From positions 819,579 through 883,578 of the forward strand of contig CBDCTP010000003.1 of NCBI GenBank assembly GCA_965222265.1: a stretch of 64,000 nucleotides of DNA, written 5' to 3'. Shown piece by piece: positions 45,161 to 55,423 of the stretch. The stretch comes from Vicinamibacterales bacterium. Its GTDB lineage: Bacteria > Acidobacteriota > Vicinamibacteria > Vicinamibacterales > UBA8438. Within the stretch, counting starts at the first letter, position 1; each line of letters opens with the position of its first letter. Both the position numbers and the translations under genes were made by a program. The notes beneath the pieces are model-generated. The model was given only the letters and a program-made list of their open reading frames with translations, ran no database searches and was not told the DNA's origin.

Positions 45161-47608
45161 ATGCCGAATCCGCTTCGCACGACAATCGGACTGGTAGTCG
45201 TCGCGCTGGTCGGGAGCGCCGCGGCGGTGGCCGCCGAGCCGCAATCGGCCGCCGTGTCCCGGGTAGCGTCCGAGGCCGCCGCCCCCGCGGGGCCGTCCCG
45301 CGCGCTGCTCGACCGCTATTGCGTCACGTGCCACAACGAGCGTCTGAAGACGGGCGGGCTGATGCTCGACAACGTGGATCTCGGACAGATCGACGCGCAC
45401 GCCGAGACTCTGGAGAAGGTGGTGCGCAAGCTGCGCGCCGGGCAGATGCCGCCGCCCGGGCGGCCGCAGCCTGACGGTTGGAGTGTCGAGGCGTTCACCG
45501 TCTCGCTCGAGTCGGCGCTCGACCGCGTGGCCGCCGCCGCGCCCAATCCCGGCCGGGTGGCCTCCCGGCGCCTGAACCGCGTGGAGTACGTCAACGCGAT
45601 CGAGGACCTGCTGGCGCTGCAGATCGACGGCGCCGAGCTGCTGCCGGGCGACATGGCGGGGCTGGGCTTCGACAACAACGCCGACGCGCTGGCGATGACG
45701 CCGGCCCTGATGGCGCGCTACACGGCGGCGGCGACCAAGATCAGCCGGGCGGCGCTCGGCAGCCCCGACAACCGGCCGGTGCGCCAGGTGTACTCGCTCG
45801 GCTTCGAGACGCAGAGCGCGCGCATGAACGAGGACATGCCGTTCGGCACGCACGGCGGTCTGGCGGCCCGGCATCTGTTCCCGCTCGACGGGGAGTACGT
45901 GTTCGCCATCCGCATGAAGGGCGGCGACGGCGGCGGCGGCGGCGGGGTCATCGGCATCGGGGAGGACGACCACGTGGTGGAGCTGCGCATCGACCACGCG
46001 CGGGTCGCGCGCTGGAACGTGGGCGGCGAGTTCCCCGGTCCCGATCCCGGCATCCTGATCCCCATTCCCGACGACGACGTGGAAGGCCAGCGGCTGCACG
46101 ACTACCGGCTCAACGCGGACAAGGGGCTCGAGGTGCGCGTGCCGGTCAACGCCGGCCAGCGGCTCGTGACCGTCGCGTTCGCCGACTCGAACCCGACCCC
46201 GTTCGACGGCGCGTACGGGCGGCCCGGCATTGATCGGCTGTTCGTCTCCGGGCCCTTCGACGGCAGGGTGCCCGACGACACGCCGAGCCGGGAGCGGGTC
46301 CTCACCTGCCGGCCGGCCGGCGGCCACGACGAGGAGTCGTGCGCACGGGAGATCCTGTCCACGCTCGCGCGGCGGGCCTATCGGCGGCCGGTCACGGACG
46401 ACGACCTCGAGCCGCTGCTCGGGTTCTATCGGGCGGGGCGTGTGGACCGCGACTTCGAAGGCGGCCTCGAGCGCGCCCTCGAGGCGCTGCTCTCGATGCC
46501 GGAGTTCCTGCTGCGCATCGAGCGCCAGCCGGCCGGCGCGGGCCCGGGCGACAGCTACCGGCTGAGCGACCTGGAGCTGGCCACGCGGCTCTCGTTCTTC
46601 CTCTGGCGCAGCATTCCGGACGACGAGCTGATCGAGCTGGCCGCCGCCGGCCGACTGGGCGAGCCGGACATGCTGGAGACGCAGGTCGCGCGGATGCTGG
46701 CCGACCGGCGCGCCACACGGTTCATGAACGACTTCGCCGGCCAGTGGCTGCAGGTGCGCAACATCAACGAGCACGTGCCGGACAGCGAGCTCTACGGCGC
46801 GTTCAACGACACGCTGCGGCGGGCGATGGTGCGGGAGACGGAGCTGTTCTTCGAGAGCCAGGTGCGCGAGGACCGGCCGCTGCCGGAGCTGCTCACCGCC
46901 GGCTACACCTATCTGAACGAGCGGCTCGCCAGCCACTATGGGGTGGACGACGTCTACGGCAGCCGGTTCCGCCGCGTGGAGTGGACGGACGACCGGCGGC
47001 ACGGACTGCTCGGCCATGGGAGCCTGCTGACGATCACGTCGTACGCCAACCGCACGTCGGTGGTGCTGCGCGGCAAGTGGGTGCTGGAGAACCTGCTGGG
47101 CACGCCGCCCCCGGCCCCGCCGCCGAACGTGCCGCCGCTCGAGGAGACCGACGCGGCCGGCACGCCGACGTCGCTGCGCGAGAAGATGGAGCAGCATCGG
47201 AGCAACCCGGTCTGTGCGAGCTGCCACACGGAGATGGACCGGCTCGGCTTCGCGATGGAGCACTTCGACGCCATCGGACGTTGGCGGGATGCCGACGGCG
47301 GGGCGGCGATCGACGCCACGATCGACTGGGCGGAACGGACGATCGACAGCCCGCGGGCATTCCGGGAGACGCTGGCCAACCGCGGGATCCAGTTCGTGCA
47401 GACGGTCACCGAGAAGCTGCTCACGTACGCGCTCGGCCGCGGCGTGAACTACTACGATGCGCCCACCGTGCGGCAGCTCGTCCGCGATCTCGAGCGCGAC
47501 GACCACCGCTGGTCGTCGCTGCTGCTCGGCATCGTCGAGAGCGTGCCGTTCCAGATGCGGCGCGTGCCCGCCGGGGTCGCGGCGACGGCGGCGGCCGACG
47601 GCAACTAG
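45161..47608 (+). CDS. DUF1592/DUF1595/DUF1587/DUF1588/DUF1585-type protein with cytochrome-c motifs
   Basis: LLDRYCVTCHNERLKTGGL near the N-terminus and NPVCASCHTEMDRLGF near the C-terminus; followed by a DUF1552 gene. Confidence 0.75.
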   Translation: MPNPLRTTIGLVVVALVGSAAAVAAEPQSAAVSRVASEAAAPAGPSRALLDRYCVTCHNERLKTGGLMLDNVDLGQIDAHAETLEKVVRKLRAGQMPPPGRPQPDGWSVEAFTVSLESALDRVAAAAPNPGRVASRRLNRVEYVNAIEDLLALQIDGAELLPGDMAGLGFDNNADALAMTPALMARYTAAATKISRAALGSPDNRPVRQVYSLGFETQSARMNEDMPFGTHGGLAARHLFPLDGEYVFAIRMKGGDGGGGGGVIGIGEDDHVVELRIDHARVARWNVGGEFPGPDPGILIPIPDDDVEGQRLHDYRLNADKGLEVRVPVNAGQRLVTVAFADSNPTPFDGAYGRPGIDRLFVSGPFDGRVPDDTPSRERVLTCRPAGGHDEESCAREILSTLARRAYRRPVTDDDLEPLLGFYRAGRVDRDFEGGLERALEALLSMPEFLLRIERQPAGAGPGDSYRLSDLELATRLSFFLWRSIPDDELIELAAAGRLGEPDMLETQVARMLADRRATRFMNDFAGQWLQVRNINEHVPDSELYGAFNDTLRRAMVRETELFFESQVREDRPLPELLTAGYTYLNERLASHYGVDDVYGSRFRRVEWTDDRRHGLLGHGSLLTITSYANRTSVVLRGKWVLENLLGTPPPAPPPNVPPLEETDAAGTPTSLREKMEQHRSNPVCASCHTEMDRLGFAMEHFDAIGRWRDADGGAAIDATIDWAERTIDSPRAFRETLANRGIQFVQTVTEKLLTYALGRGVNYYDAPTVRQLVRDLERDDHRWSSLLLGIVESVPFQMRRVPAGVAATAAADGN

Positions 47609-47677
47609 GGACTGGCGTCGGCGGGGATAATCGCCGCAGGTCGCTGCGGCTGTGAGCAGAACGGGGTAGACTTCGCA

Positions 47678-47774
47678 AGGCGCGCACAGCGCGCCTCGGC
47701 GGGAGCGGCGCGGGGCGCAGGGGTCCCCGCAAGCGGACGCCGGGGGTTCGGGGCGCAGCCCTGTCTGATTGAAG
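47678..47774 (-). repeat. Single copy of the ~94-bp repeat family (reverse orientation)
   Basis: AGGCGCGCACAGCGCGCCTCGGCGGGAGCGGCGCGGGGCGCAGGGGTCCCCGCAAGCGGACGCCGGGGGTTCGGGGCGCAGCCCTGTCTGATTGAAG. Confidence 0.9.
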
Positions 47775-47789
47775 AGAAGGGGACCAGCC

Positions 47790-49136
47790 ATGTTCATTAG
47801 CAAGATGCATCTGCCGCGGCGCACGGTGCTGCGCGGTCTGGGCGCGGCGCTGGCGCTGCCGCTGCTCGACGGCATGGTGCCGGCGCTCACCGCGCTCGGC
47901 AAGACCGCGGCGGCGCCGGTCCGCCGGCTGGGCGTGTTCTACGTGCCCAACGGGATGTCGATGCCCTACTGGTCCCCGCGGCAGGCGGGGCCGCTCGCGG
48001 GGCTGCCGCCGACGCTGCGGTCGCTGGCCGGGCTCGAGGACCGCGTGCTGATGTGCGGCGGGCTCGACGACGAGTCCGCGAACCTGGTGACCGGCGGCGG
48101 CGACCACGCCCGCTCGGCCGGCACGTTCCTCACCTGCGTGCCGTTCAAGCTGACTACCGGCGCGGACGTGTACGCGTCGGTGTCGATGGACCAGATTGCC
48201 GCGCGGGAGCTCGCGAAGGAGACCCAGCTGGCGTCGCTGGAGCTGGGGATCGAATCGAACGCCATGGTCGGCTCGTGCGACGCCGGCGCGAGCTGCGCCT
48301 ACACCAACACGGTGGCCTGGCGCACGCCGACGACGCCGTTGCCGATCGAGAACAACCCGCGCGCCGTGTTCGAGCGGCTGTTCGGCACGAGCGGGAGCAC
48401 GGACCCCGCCGCGCGGCTGGAACGCATGCGGAAGGATCGCAGCGTCCTCGACGCCGTCAACGCCGAGCTCAGCGACCTCGAGCGAGTGATCGGCCCGGGC
48501 GACCGGCTCAAGCTCGACGAGTACCTGTCAGCCGTACGGGACGCGGAGCGGCGCATCGAGATGGCCGAACGCCAGAGCGAGCGGGAGCTGCCGCTCGTGG
48601 ACCAGCCGGTCGGCACGCCGAGCGACTACGCGGAGCACGCCGAGCTGATGATGGACCTGCTGGCGCTGGCCTACCAGACCGACCTGACGCGGGTCAGCAC
48701 CTTCATGCTGGCGCGCGAGGTGAGCGTGCTCGCGTACCCGGAGATCGGGGTCTCGGACTCGCACCATCCGCTCTCGCACCACCAGGACAAGCCGGCCAAC
48801 CTGGAGCGCCTGCACAAGATCAACGAGTACCACTTCCGGCAGTTCGCGCACCTGGTCAAGACGCTGGCGGCGACGCCCGAGGGCGACGGCACCCTGCTCG
48901 ACTCGACGCTGTTCCTCTACGGGACCGGGATCAGCGACAGCAACACGCACTTCCACGACGACCTGCCGATCGCGGTGGTGGCCGGCAAGGACACGGGCGT
49001 CACGACCGGCCGCTACGTGCGCTATCCGCAGGGGACGCCGCTGGCGAACCTGTACATGACCATCCTGGAGAAGATGGGGTTCCCGGTGGAGGAGTTCGGC
49101 GACAGCACCGGGATGCTGAAGAACCTGTCGGTGTGA
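47790..49136 (+). CDS. DUF1552-family protein (Tat-like signal)
   Basis: MFISKMHLPRRTVLRGLGAALALPLLDGMVP ... GDHARSAGTFLT ... SHHPLSHH. Confidence 0.8.
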   Translation: MFISKMHLPRRTVLRGLGAALALPLLDGMVPALTALGKTAAAPVRRLGVFYVPNGMSMPYWSPRQAGPLAGLPPTLRSLAGLEDRVLMCGGLDDESANLVTGGGDHARSAGTFLTCVPFKLTTGADVYASVSMDQIAARELAKETQLASLELGIESNAMVGSCDAGASCAYTNTVAWRTPTTPLPIENNPRAVFERLFGTSGSTDPAARLERMRKDRSVLDAVNAELSDLERVIGPGDRLKLDEYLSAVRDAERRIEMAERQSERELPLVDQPVGTPSDYAEHAELMMDLLALAYQTDLTRVSTFMLAREVSVLAYPEIGVSDSHHPLSHHQDKPANLERLHKINEYHFRQFAHLVKTLAATPEGDGTLLDSTLFLYGTGISDSNTHFHDDLPIAVVAGKDTGVTTGRYVRYPQGTPLANLYMTILEKMGFPVEEFGDSTGMLKNLSV

Positions 49137-49162
49137 GCGGGCCGTCCCCGCGCGGCGACGCG

Positions 49163-49194
49163 GCCGCACGGGGCGCAGCCCCGTCTCATTGAAG
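49163..49194 (-). repeat. Internally deleted remnant of the repeat family
   Basis: GCCGCACGGGGCGCAGCCCCGTCTCATTGAAG keeps both ends of the unit but lacks the middle. Confidence 0.6.
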
Positions 49195-49202
49195 CGCGCC
49201 GG

Positions 49203-50390
49203 TCATGCGGCGTCGCGCTCGAAGACGGCGGCTATCCCCTGGCCGCCGCCGATGCACATCGTCACCAGCGCGCGGGTGCCGCCCGTGCGCTGCAACTCGT
49301 ACAGCGCCTTGACCGTCAGCACCGTGCCGGTCGCGCCGACCGGATGGCCCAGCGAGATGCCGCTGCCGTTCGGGTTGGTGCGGTCGGGCGGCAGCCCCAG
49401 CTCGCGGCAGACGGAAAGGGCCTGGGCGGCGAACGCCTCGTTCAGCTCGATCACGTCGAAGTCGTCGATGCCGAGTCCGGTCTTGTCCAGCAGCCGCCGC
49501 ACGGCCGGGACCGGGCCGATGCCCATGTACCGGGGATCGACGCCGGCGTAGCTGTAGGCCACCAGCCGGCCCAGCGGCCGCAGTCCGCGCCTGGCGGCCA
49601 GCTCGCGCTCCATGAGCACGACCGCGGCGGCGCCGTCGTTGATGCTGGACGCGTTGCCGGCCGTGACCGTGCCGTCCTTCTGGAACACCGGCCGCAGCTT
49701 GGAGAGCTTGGCGACCGAGCTGTCGGGGCGCACGGTCTCGTCGGTGTCGAACAGCACGGTGTCGCGCTTGACGCGCACCTCGACCGGGGTGATCTGCTCC
49801 TTGAAGTAGCCCTGGGCGATCGCGTTGCCGGCGCGCTGGTGGCTCTGGACCGCGAGCGCGTCCTGCTCCTCCCGCGGCACGCTGTAGCGCTCGGCCAGGT
49901 TCTCGGCGGTGACGCCCATGTGGCAGTCGTCGAACGGGTCGTTCAACGCCCCGACCAGCATGTCGACGAGCGCCGTGTCGTTCATGCGCGTGCCCCAGCG
50001 CAGGGTGGGGGAGATGTACGGGCTGCGGCTCATGCTCTCCGCGCCGCCGGCCACGGCCGCGTCCGCATCGCCCAGCATGATCGTCTGCGCCGCCGTGACG
50101 ATGGCCTGCAGGCCGCTGCCGCACAGCCGGTTCACGGTCACCGCGGGCGTCTCGTGCGGCAGCCCGCCCTTGATGCCGGCGACGCGCGCCAGATAGTGGT
50201 CGCGCGGGTCCGTGTGGATGACGTTGCCGAAGACGACGTGGCCGACGTCGCCGGCGTCGATGCCGGCGCGGTCCACTGACTCGCGCACGCACTGCGCCGC
50301 CAGCTCCGTGGCCGGGATGTCCTTCAGACTCCCGCCGTAGCCGCCCATGGGTGTTCGTGCTCCGCTGAGCACCACGACATCACGCGCCAT
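49203..50390 (-). CDS. Acetyl-CoA C-acetyltransferase (thiolase II)
   Basis: VNRLCGSGLQAIV active-site Cys region, ...NEAFAAQ..., C-terminal GHPVGATG and CIGGGQG motifs. Confidence 0.9.
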   Translation of the reverse strand: MARDVVVLSGARTPMGGYGGSLKDIPATELAAQCVRESVDRAGIDAGDVGHVVFGNVIHTDPRDHYLARVAGIKGGLPHETPAVTVNRLCGSGLQAIVTAAQTIMLGDADAAVAGGAESMSRSPYISPTLRWGTRMNDTALVDMLVGALNDPFDDCHMGVTAENLAERYSVPREEQDALAVQSHQRAGNAIAQGYFKEQITPVEVRVKRDTVLFDTDETVRPDSSVAKLSKLRPVFQKDGTVTAGNASSINDGAAAVVLMERELAARRGLRPLGRLVAYSYAGVDPRYMGIGPVPAVRRLLDKTGLGIDDFDVIELNEAFAAQALSVCRELGLPPDRTNPNGSGISLGHPVGATGTVLTVKALYELQRTGGTRALVTMCIGGGQGIAAVFERDAA

Positions 50391-50504
50391 TGGCCGTCTC
50401 CTTTGTCTGCCTCTGCAAGCGATGCATTAGACACCGGGCGCCCGGCGGATCGCAAGCCTGCGCAGGGAGTAACATGGGCGCTGCGCGGACGGTCTCGAGG
50501 AGGC

Positions 50505-52457
50505 ATGCGGATGAGACGCTGGTGTGCGGTGGTGGGCACGGTCCTGGCGGCCACGGTGGCGGCAGCCGGGGCGCAGGAGGCGGGTGGCCCGATCGAGTGG
50601 CGCTACGTCGGCGCCGATCAGGCGCACACGAAGTACTCCGCCGCGGCGGACGTCACGCGGGACAACGTGGACCAGCTCGAGATCGCCTGGCAGTGGGACC
50701 CGGGCGAGCTGCCGCTGCCGGAGCTCGGGGCCCGCCCCGGCTCGTTCCAGGCAACGCCCATCATGATCGACAACGTGCTGTACCTCTCGACGATGTACAA
50801 CCGGGTGGTCGCCCTCGACGCCGAGACCGGCGCCGAGCTGTGGGCCTTCGACCCGCGCGCCTACGAGCGCGAGCCGCGCCACGCGTTCAAGCACCGCGGC
50901 ATCGCCTACTGGCGCGACGGCGAGGACTTCCGCATCTTCCTCAACAGCCGCGACCGGCTATATGCGATCGACGGGGCGACCGGCCGGGCCGTGGCGGGTT
51001 TCGGGGAGAACGGCAGCGTCTCGCTGACCGACGACCTCGGCCGTCCGGTCTCGACCGAGGAGTTCGACCAGACGTCGCCACCGGTGGTTTTCGAGGATCT
51101 GGTGATCGTGGGCAGCCGGGTGCCCGACCGGGTGCAGCGGCGCTTCGACCCGCCGGGGACGGTGCAGGCCTACGACGCGCGCACGGGCGAGCGCCGCTGG
51201 GTGTTCTTCACCATCCCGCAGTCGAACGACGACTTCGGCGCCGACACGTGGGAGGACGAGTCGTGGCGCTACACGGGCCACGCGAACGTGTGGGGGCTGA
51301 TGTCGCTCGACGCCGAGCGGGGCCTGCTGTATGTGCCGACGAGCACGCCGAGCGGCGACTACTGGGGCGGCCGGCGGCTGGGGGCGAACCTGTTCGCCGA
51401 GTCGCTGGTGTGCCTGGACGCGCGCACGGGCGAGCGGCAGTGGCATTTCCAGGCGGTGCACCACGGGGTGTGGGACTACGACTTCAACTCGGCGCCGAAC
51501 CTGGTGACGATCACGGTGGACGGCCGCGAGGTCGACGCGGTGGCGGAGGTGTCGAAGCAGGGCTTCACGTATGTGTTCGAGCGGGTGACGGGCGAGCCGG
51601 TGTGGCCGATCGAGGAGCGTGCGGTGGACACGGAGACGGACGTGCCGGGCGAGGTGCTGTATCCGACGCAGCCGTTCCCGACGAAGCCGCCGCCGTTCGC
51701 GCGGCAGGGCGTGTTTCTGGAGGATGCGAACGACCTGACGCCGGAGATCCATGCCCTGGCGGTGGCGGAGATGCAGCAGTTCCGGCTGGGGCCGCTGTTC
51801 ACGCCGCCGAGCCTGCGGGGTACGCTCATGCGGCCGACGGTGAGCGGCGGCGCGGACTGGGGCGGCGCGGCGTTCGACCCGGAGACCGGCCTGCTGTACG
51901 TGCGGACGTCGGAGGGGACGACCACGAACCAGATCTGCCCCAACGCCGGCGACGATCCCGTCGTCGACGTCGAGTACACCAACAACTGCCCGCACGGCGC
52001 GGCGGCGATGATGTTCGGGAACCGGCCCGGCGCTGCCCCGGTGGCCCGCAGCCGACTCGGCCCGATTCCGCTGATCAAGCCGCCGTACGCGCACCTGGTG
52101 GCAATCGACCTGAACGCGGGCGAGATTGCGTGGAAGGTGCCGTTCGGCGAGGGCAGCCGGGTCATGCGCAACCACCCGCTGCTGCGGGGCGTGGAGTTGC
52201 CGGCGCGGCTGGGGACGTTCAGCAACACGGGGTCGCTGGTGACGCGGGGCGGCCTGGTGCTGCTCGGCGGCGGCGACCCGTATCTGTATGCGTTCGACAA
52301 GACGACGGGCGCGGAGATCTGGCGGGGCGCGACGCCGTTCCGGACGAGCGCGAACCCGATGACCTACCGGGCGCGGTCGGGCCGGCAGTTCGTCGTCATC
52401 GCGACCGGCGCCGGGCCCGACGCCGCGCTCGTCGCCTTCGCCCTCGGCGGGGCGTGA
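50505..52457 (+). CDS. Soluble PQQ-dependent dehydrogenase (quinoprotein beta-propeller)
   Basis: Signal peptide; ...QATPIMIDNVLYLSTMYNRVVALDAETGAELW... and repeated W-propeller motifs; no C-terminal heme domain. Confidence 0.8.
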   Translation: MRMRRWCAVVGTVLAATVAAAGAQEAGGPIEWRYVGADQAHTKYSAAADVTRDNVDQLEIAWQWDPGELPLPELGARPGSFQATPIMIDNVLYLSTMYNRVVALDAETGAELWAFDPRAYEREPRHAFKHRGIAYWRDGEDFRIFLNSRDRLYAIDGATGRAVAGFGENGSVSLTDDLGRPVSTEEFDQTSPPVVFEDLVIVGSRVPDRVQRRFDPPGTVQAYDARTGERRWVFFTIPQSNDDFGADTWEDESWRYTGHANVWGLMSLDAERGLLYVPTSTPSGDYWGGRRLGANLFAESLVCLDARTGERQWHFQAVHHGVWDYDFNSAPNLVTITVDGREVDAVAEVSKQGFTYVFERVTGEPVWPIEERAVDTETDVPGEVLYPTQPFPTKPPPFARQGVFLEDANDLTPEIHALAVAEMQQFRLGPLFTPPSLRGTLMRPTVSGGADWGGAAFDPETGLLYVRTSEGTTTNQICPNAGDDPVVDVEYTNNCPHGAAAMMFGNRPGAAPVARSRLGPIPLIKPPYAHLVAIDLNAGEIAWKVPFGEGSRVMRNHPLLRGVELPARLGTFSNTGSLVTRGGLVLLGGGDPYLYAFDKTTGAEIWRGATPFRTSANPMTYRARSGRQFVVIATGAGPDAALVAFALGGA

Positions 52458-52537
52458 GGCTTTGAAACCGGCGCGGGGTTGGTGGTACTCTGACGGTGCT
52501 TGCCGGGATGCGGCAACGCCTGCAGGAGAGTGTGACG

Positions 52538-53956
52538 ATGAAGACGGCCTGGAACAGAGCTTGGACGCGCGGCTGGCTGCTCGTCGGGTTGTTCGCGGCA
52601 GGTTGCGTCGGGCCCGGGCTTGCGGCGCCCGCGTCCGCGGCGGAGCGGGACGGCGAGGTCACCTTCAGCAGGGATGTCGCGCCCATCCTGCAGCGCTCGT
52701 GCGAGAGCTGCCACCGGCCGGGCGGCGGGGCGCCGATGTCGCTCGTCAGCTACGCGGACGTGCGGCCGTGGGCGCGGTCGATCCGCAACCGGACGGCGGC
52801 GCGCGAGATGCCGCCCTGGTTCATCGACAGGAACATCGGCATCCAGGACTTCAGGGACGATCCGTCGCTCGGCGACGCGGAGATCGAGACCATCGCCGCG
52901 TGGGTCGACGCCGGCGCCCCACAGGGGAATCCGGCCGACCTGCCGCCGCCGCTCCAATGGGCCGCCTCCGGATGGAGCATCGGCGCGCCGGACCTGGTCG
53001 TCTCGTCGCGGGTCGGCACGGTGGAGGCGGACGCGGCCGACTGGTTCGGGGAGTGGGATCCGCCCGCGCCGACCGGCCTCGCCGCGGACCGCTACATCAA
53101 GGCCGTCGAGGTCAAGGAAGTGCGCGTGGCCGGCGACACGAGCGTGCGCAAGGACACGCCGGGGCCGAAGGGCGCCGGCCGGGCCGACCTCAATCTGTGG
53201 GTGGTGCATCACGCGGTGATCACCGCGGCGACGCCCGAGCAGGCGCTCGAATCCAACGGCCCGGTGGCGGCCGGCGACGACGCCTTCCGGCTCACGTGGG
53301 AGCTGGGTCAGAATGCCCTGACCTATCCCGACGAGGTTGGCGTCGAGCTGCCGGCCGGTTCGGTCATCACGTTCGACTCGATGCACCTGCACTCCATCGG
53401 CGAGGAGGTGCAGGCCCGGGTCGACGTCGCCTTCGACCTGCATCCGGAGGGTTACGAGCCGAAGTACCGGCAGCAGTCGCGTGCGATGGCCGGCGCCTTC
53501 GACTTCGCGCTCGACATCCCGTCCAACGACTCGAACGTGTACCGCGACGGATTCTTCCGGCTCGATCGGCCGGCGCGGCTGATGACGTTCGAGCCGCACC
53601 TGCACTCGAGCGGGGTCCGGATGTGCATCGAGGCGCTCTACCCGAACAACGCGCGCGAGATGCTCAACTGCGCCGACTACGACCACAACTGGGTCAAGGT
53701 GTACGTCTACGAGGACCATGCGGCGCCGCTGCTGCCCGCCGACACGGTCATCCACCTGATGGCCTGGTACGACAACTCGAGCTCCAACCGCAACGTGGTC
53801 GATCCGCGCAACTGGAAGGGGTGGGGCAACCGCTCGATCGACGACATGTTCTACAACCTGCCGCGGCTCATCTACCTGACCGAGGAGGAGTTCGAGGCGG
53901 AGGCCGCCGCGCGCGGCGGCAAGCCGGTGTTCGCGGCCTCGCAGGATCAGCAGTAG
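52538..53956 (+). CDS. Cytochrome c fused to a PHM/DBH-like copper-monooxygenase-type domain (paralogue 1)
   Basis: VTFSRDVAPILQRSCESCHRPGG...MPPWF heme module; then VVHHAV, MHLHSIG, PHLHSSGVRMC His/Met clusters. Confidence 0.6.
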   Translation: MKTAWNRAWTRGWLLVGLFAAGCVGPGLAAPASAAERDGEVTFSRDVAPILQRSCESCHRPGGGAPMSLVSYADVRPWARSIRNRTAAREMPPWFIDRNIGIQDFRDDPSLGDAEIETIAAWVDAGAPQGNPADLPPPLQWAASGWSIGAPDLVVSSRVGTVEADAADWFGEWDPPAPTGLAADRYIKAVEVKEVRVAGDTSVRKDTPGPKGAGRADLNLWVVHHAVITAATPEQALESNGPVAAGDDAFRLTWELGQNALTYPDEVGVELPAGSVITFDSMHLHSIGEEVQARVDVAFDLHPEGYEPKYRQQSRAMAGAFDFALDIPSNDSNVYRDGFFRLDRPARLMTFEPHLHSSGVRMCIEALYPNNAREMLNCADYDHNWVKVYVYEDHAAPLLPADTVIHLMAWYDNSSSNRNVVDPRNWKGWGNRSIDDMFYNLPRLIYLTEEEFEAEAAARGGKPVFAASQDQQ

Positions 53957-54014
53957 CAACCGGGGAGCGCTCGCGTCATACGGAGCAACGCTGCATTCCA
54001 AGAGGAGACACGGC

Positions 54015-55403
54015 ATGAGAAGCCTGAGTCCGACGGCCGCCGGCGTCATCGTCGCCGTCCTGCTCGCGGCGCCGGCGCCGGCTGCGGAACGGGAGTCCGA
54101 GGTTACCTTCAGCAAGCACATCGCGCCGATCCTGCAACGCTCGTGCGAGAACTGCCACCGCCCGCAGGGCGCCGCGCCGATGCCGCTGGTCAGCTACGAG
54201 GACGTCCGCCCATGGGCGCGGGCCGTCAGGAACCGCACCGAGGCCCGCGAGATGCCGCCCTGGTTCATCGACAGGAACATCGGCATCCAGCGCTACAAGG
54301 ACGACCCGTCGCTGAGCGACGCGGAGATTGCCGCGATCGCCGCGTGGGTGGACAACGGCGCGCCGCGCGGCAATCCGGCCGACCTGCCGCCGCCCCTCGA
54401 ATGGCCGGCGGACGGCTGGACCTACGGCACGCCGGATGTGATCGTGCCGTCGCCGGAGGGCATCGTCGCGGCCGACGCCGCCGACTGGTTCGGCGAGTGG
54501 GGCGAGACGTCCACGGGGCTGACTGCCGACCGCTACATCAAGGCCGTCGAGGTGAAGGAGGTCAGGCTCGAGGAAGGGCCGCAGACCAAGGTGGACGACA
54601 CCGGCCGGGCCGATCTCAGCCTCTTCGTGGTGCACCACGCGGTCATCACGTCGGATATGCCGCAGAACGTGGTCGACCCCCTCGATTGCGGCAACGAGTC
54701 CTCCTGCGGCGGTCACGCCGGCCAGCTCCGGCTGACGTACGAGCTGGGCCAGAACCCCACGATCTTTCCGGACGAAATGGGCGTCACGCTGCCGGCCGAC
54801 TCGGTGCTCACGTTCAACTCCATGCACCTGCATTCCATCGGCCGGGAGGTGCGCGCGCGGGTAGACGTCGGCCTGACGCTGCACCCCGAGGGGTACGAGC
54901 CCCGCTACGTGCAGAGCAACAACGGCTTCCGCGGCGCCAACATGTACGACTACGAGTTCGACATCCCGTCGAACGACGACAACGTGATGCGGGACGGGTT
55001 CCACCGCGTCACCAGGCCGACCAAGATGCTGATGTTCGAGCCGCATCTGCATTCGAGCGGGAAGCGGATGTGCGTCGAGGCCATCTATCCGAACAACGCG
55101 CGCGAGATGCTGAGCTGCTCGAACTACGACCACAACTGGGTGAAGGTGTACGTCTACGAGGACGACGCCGCGCCGCTGCTGCCGCCCGGCACGCTGATCC
55201 ACGTCATGGCGTGGTACGACAACTCGCCGACCAACAGGAACGTGGTCGACCCCCGGAACTGGAAGGGGTGGGGCAACCGGTCGATAGACGACATGTTCGT
55301 CAGCATCACGCGCACGATCGAGATGACCGAGGAAGAGTTCCAGGCCGAGGTGGCCGCCCGGGGCGGCCGCCCGCCGTTCGCGGCGTCGCAGGATCAGCAG
55401 TAG
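54015..55403 (+). CDS. Cytochrome c fused to a PHM/DBH-like copper-monooxygenase-type domain (paralogue 2)
   Basis: Same architecture as paralogue 1; CENCH; VVHHAV, MHLHSIG, PHLHSSGKRMC; ends AASQDQQ. Confidence 0.6.
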   Translation: MRSLSPTAAGVIVAVLLAAPAPAAERESEVTFSKHIAPILQRSCENCHRPQGAAPMPLVSYEDVRPWARAVRNRTEAREMPPWFIDRNIGIQRYKDDPSLSDAEIAAIAAWVDNGAPRGNPADLPPPLEWPADGWTYGTPDVIVPSPEGIVAADAADWFGEWGETSTGLTADRYIKAVEVKEVRLEEGPQTKVDDTGRADLSLFVVHHAVITSDMPQNVVDPLDCGNESSCGGHAGQLRLTYELGQNPTIFPDEMGVTLPADSVLTFNSMHLHSIGREVRARVDVGLTLHPEGYEPRYVQSNNGFRGANMYDYEFDIPSNDDNVMRDGFHRVTRPTKMLMFEPHLHSSGKRMCVEAIYPNNAREMLSCSNYDHNWVKVYVYEDDAAPLLPPGTLIHVMAWYDNSPTNRNVVDPRNWKGWGNRSIDDMFVSITRTIEMTEEEFQAEVAARGGRPPFAASQDQQ

Positions 55404-55423
55404 CAACCAGGAGCGCAAGGGTA

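Noticed and set aside
43114-45474. 786-aa plus-strand ORF and the 491-aa minus-strand ORF 43106..44581 over the ankyrin gene
   Set aside because: These are off-frame and antisense shadows. The 43322..44956 frame shows regular ankyrin repeats and a signal peptide.
44600-47902. 1100-aa minus-strand ORF, the longest in the window
   Set aside because: It is antisense to the DUF1592-type gene and runs through two copies of the intergenic repeat. It has no domains and a strong Arg/Pro/Gly bias.
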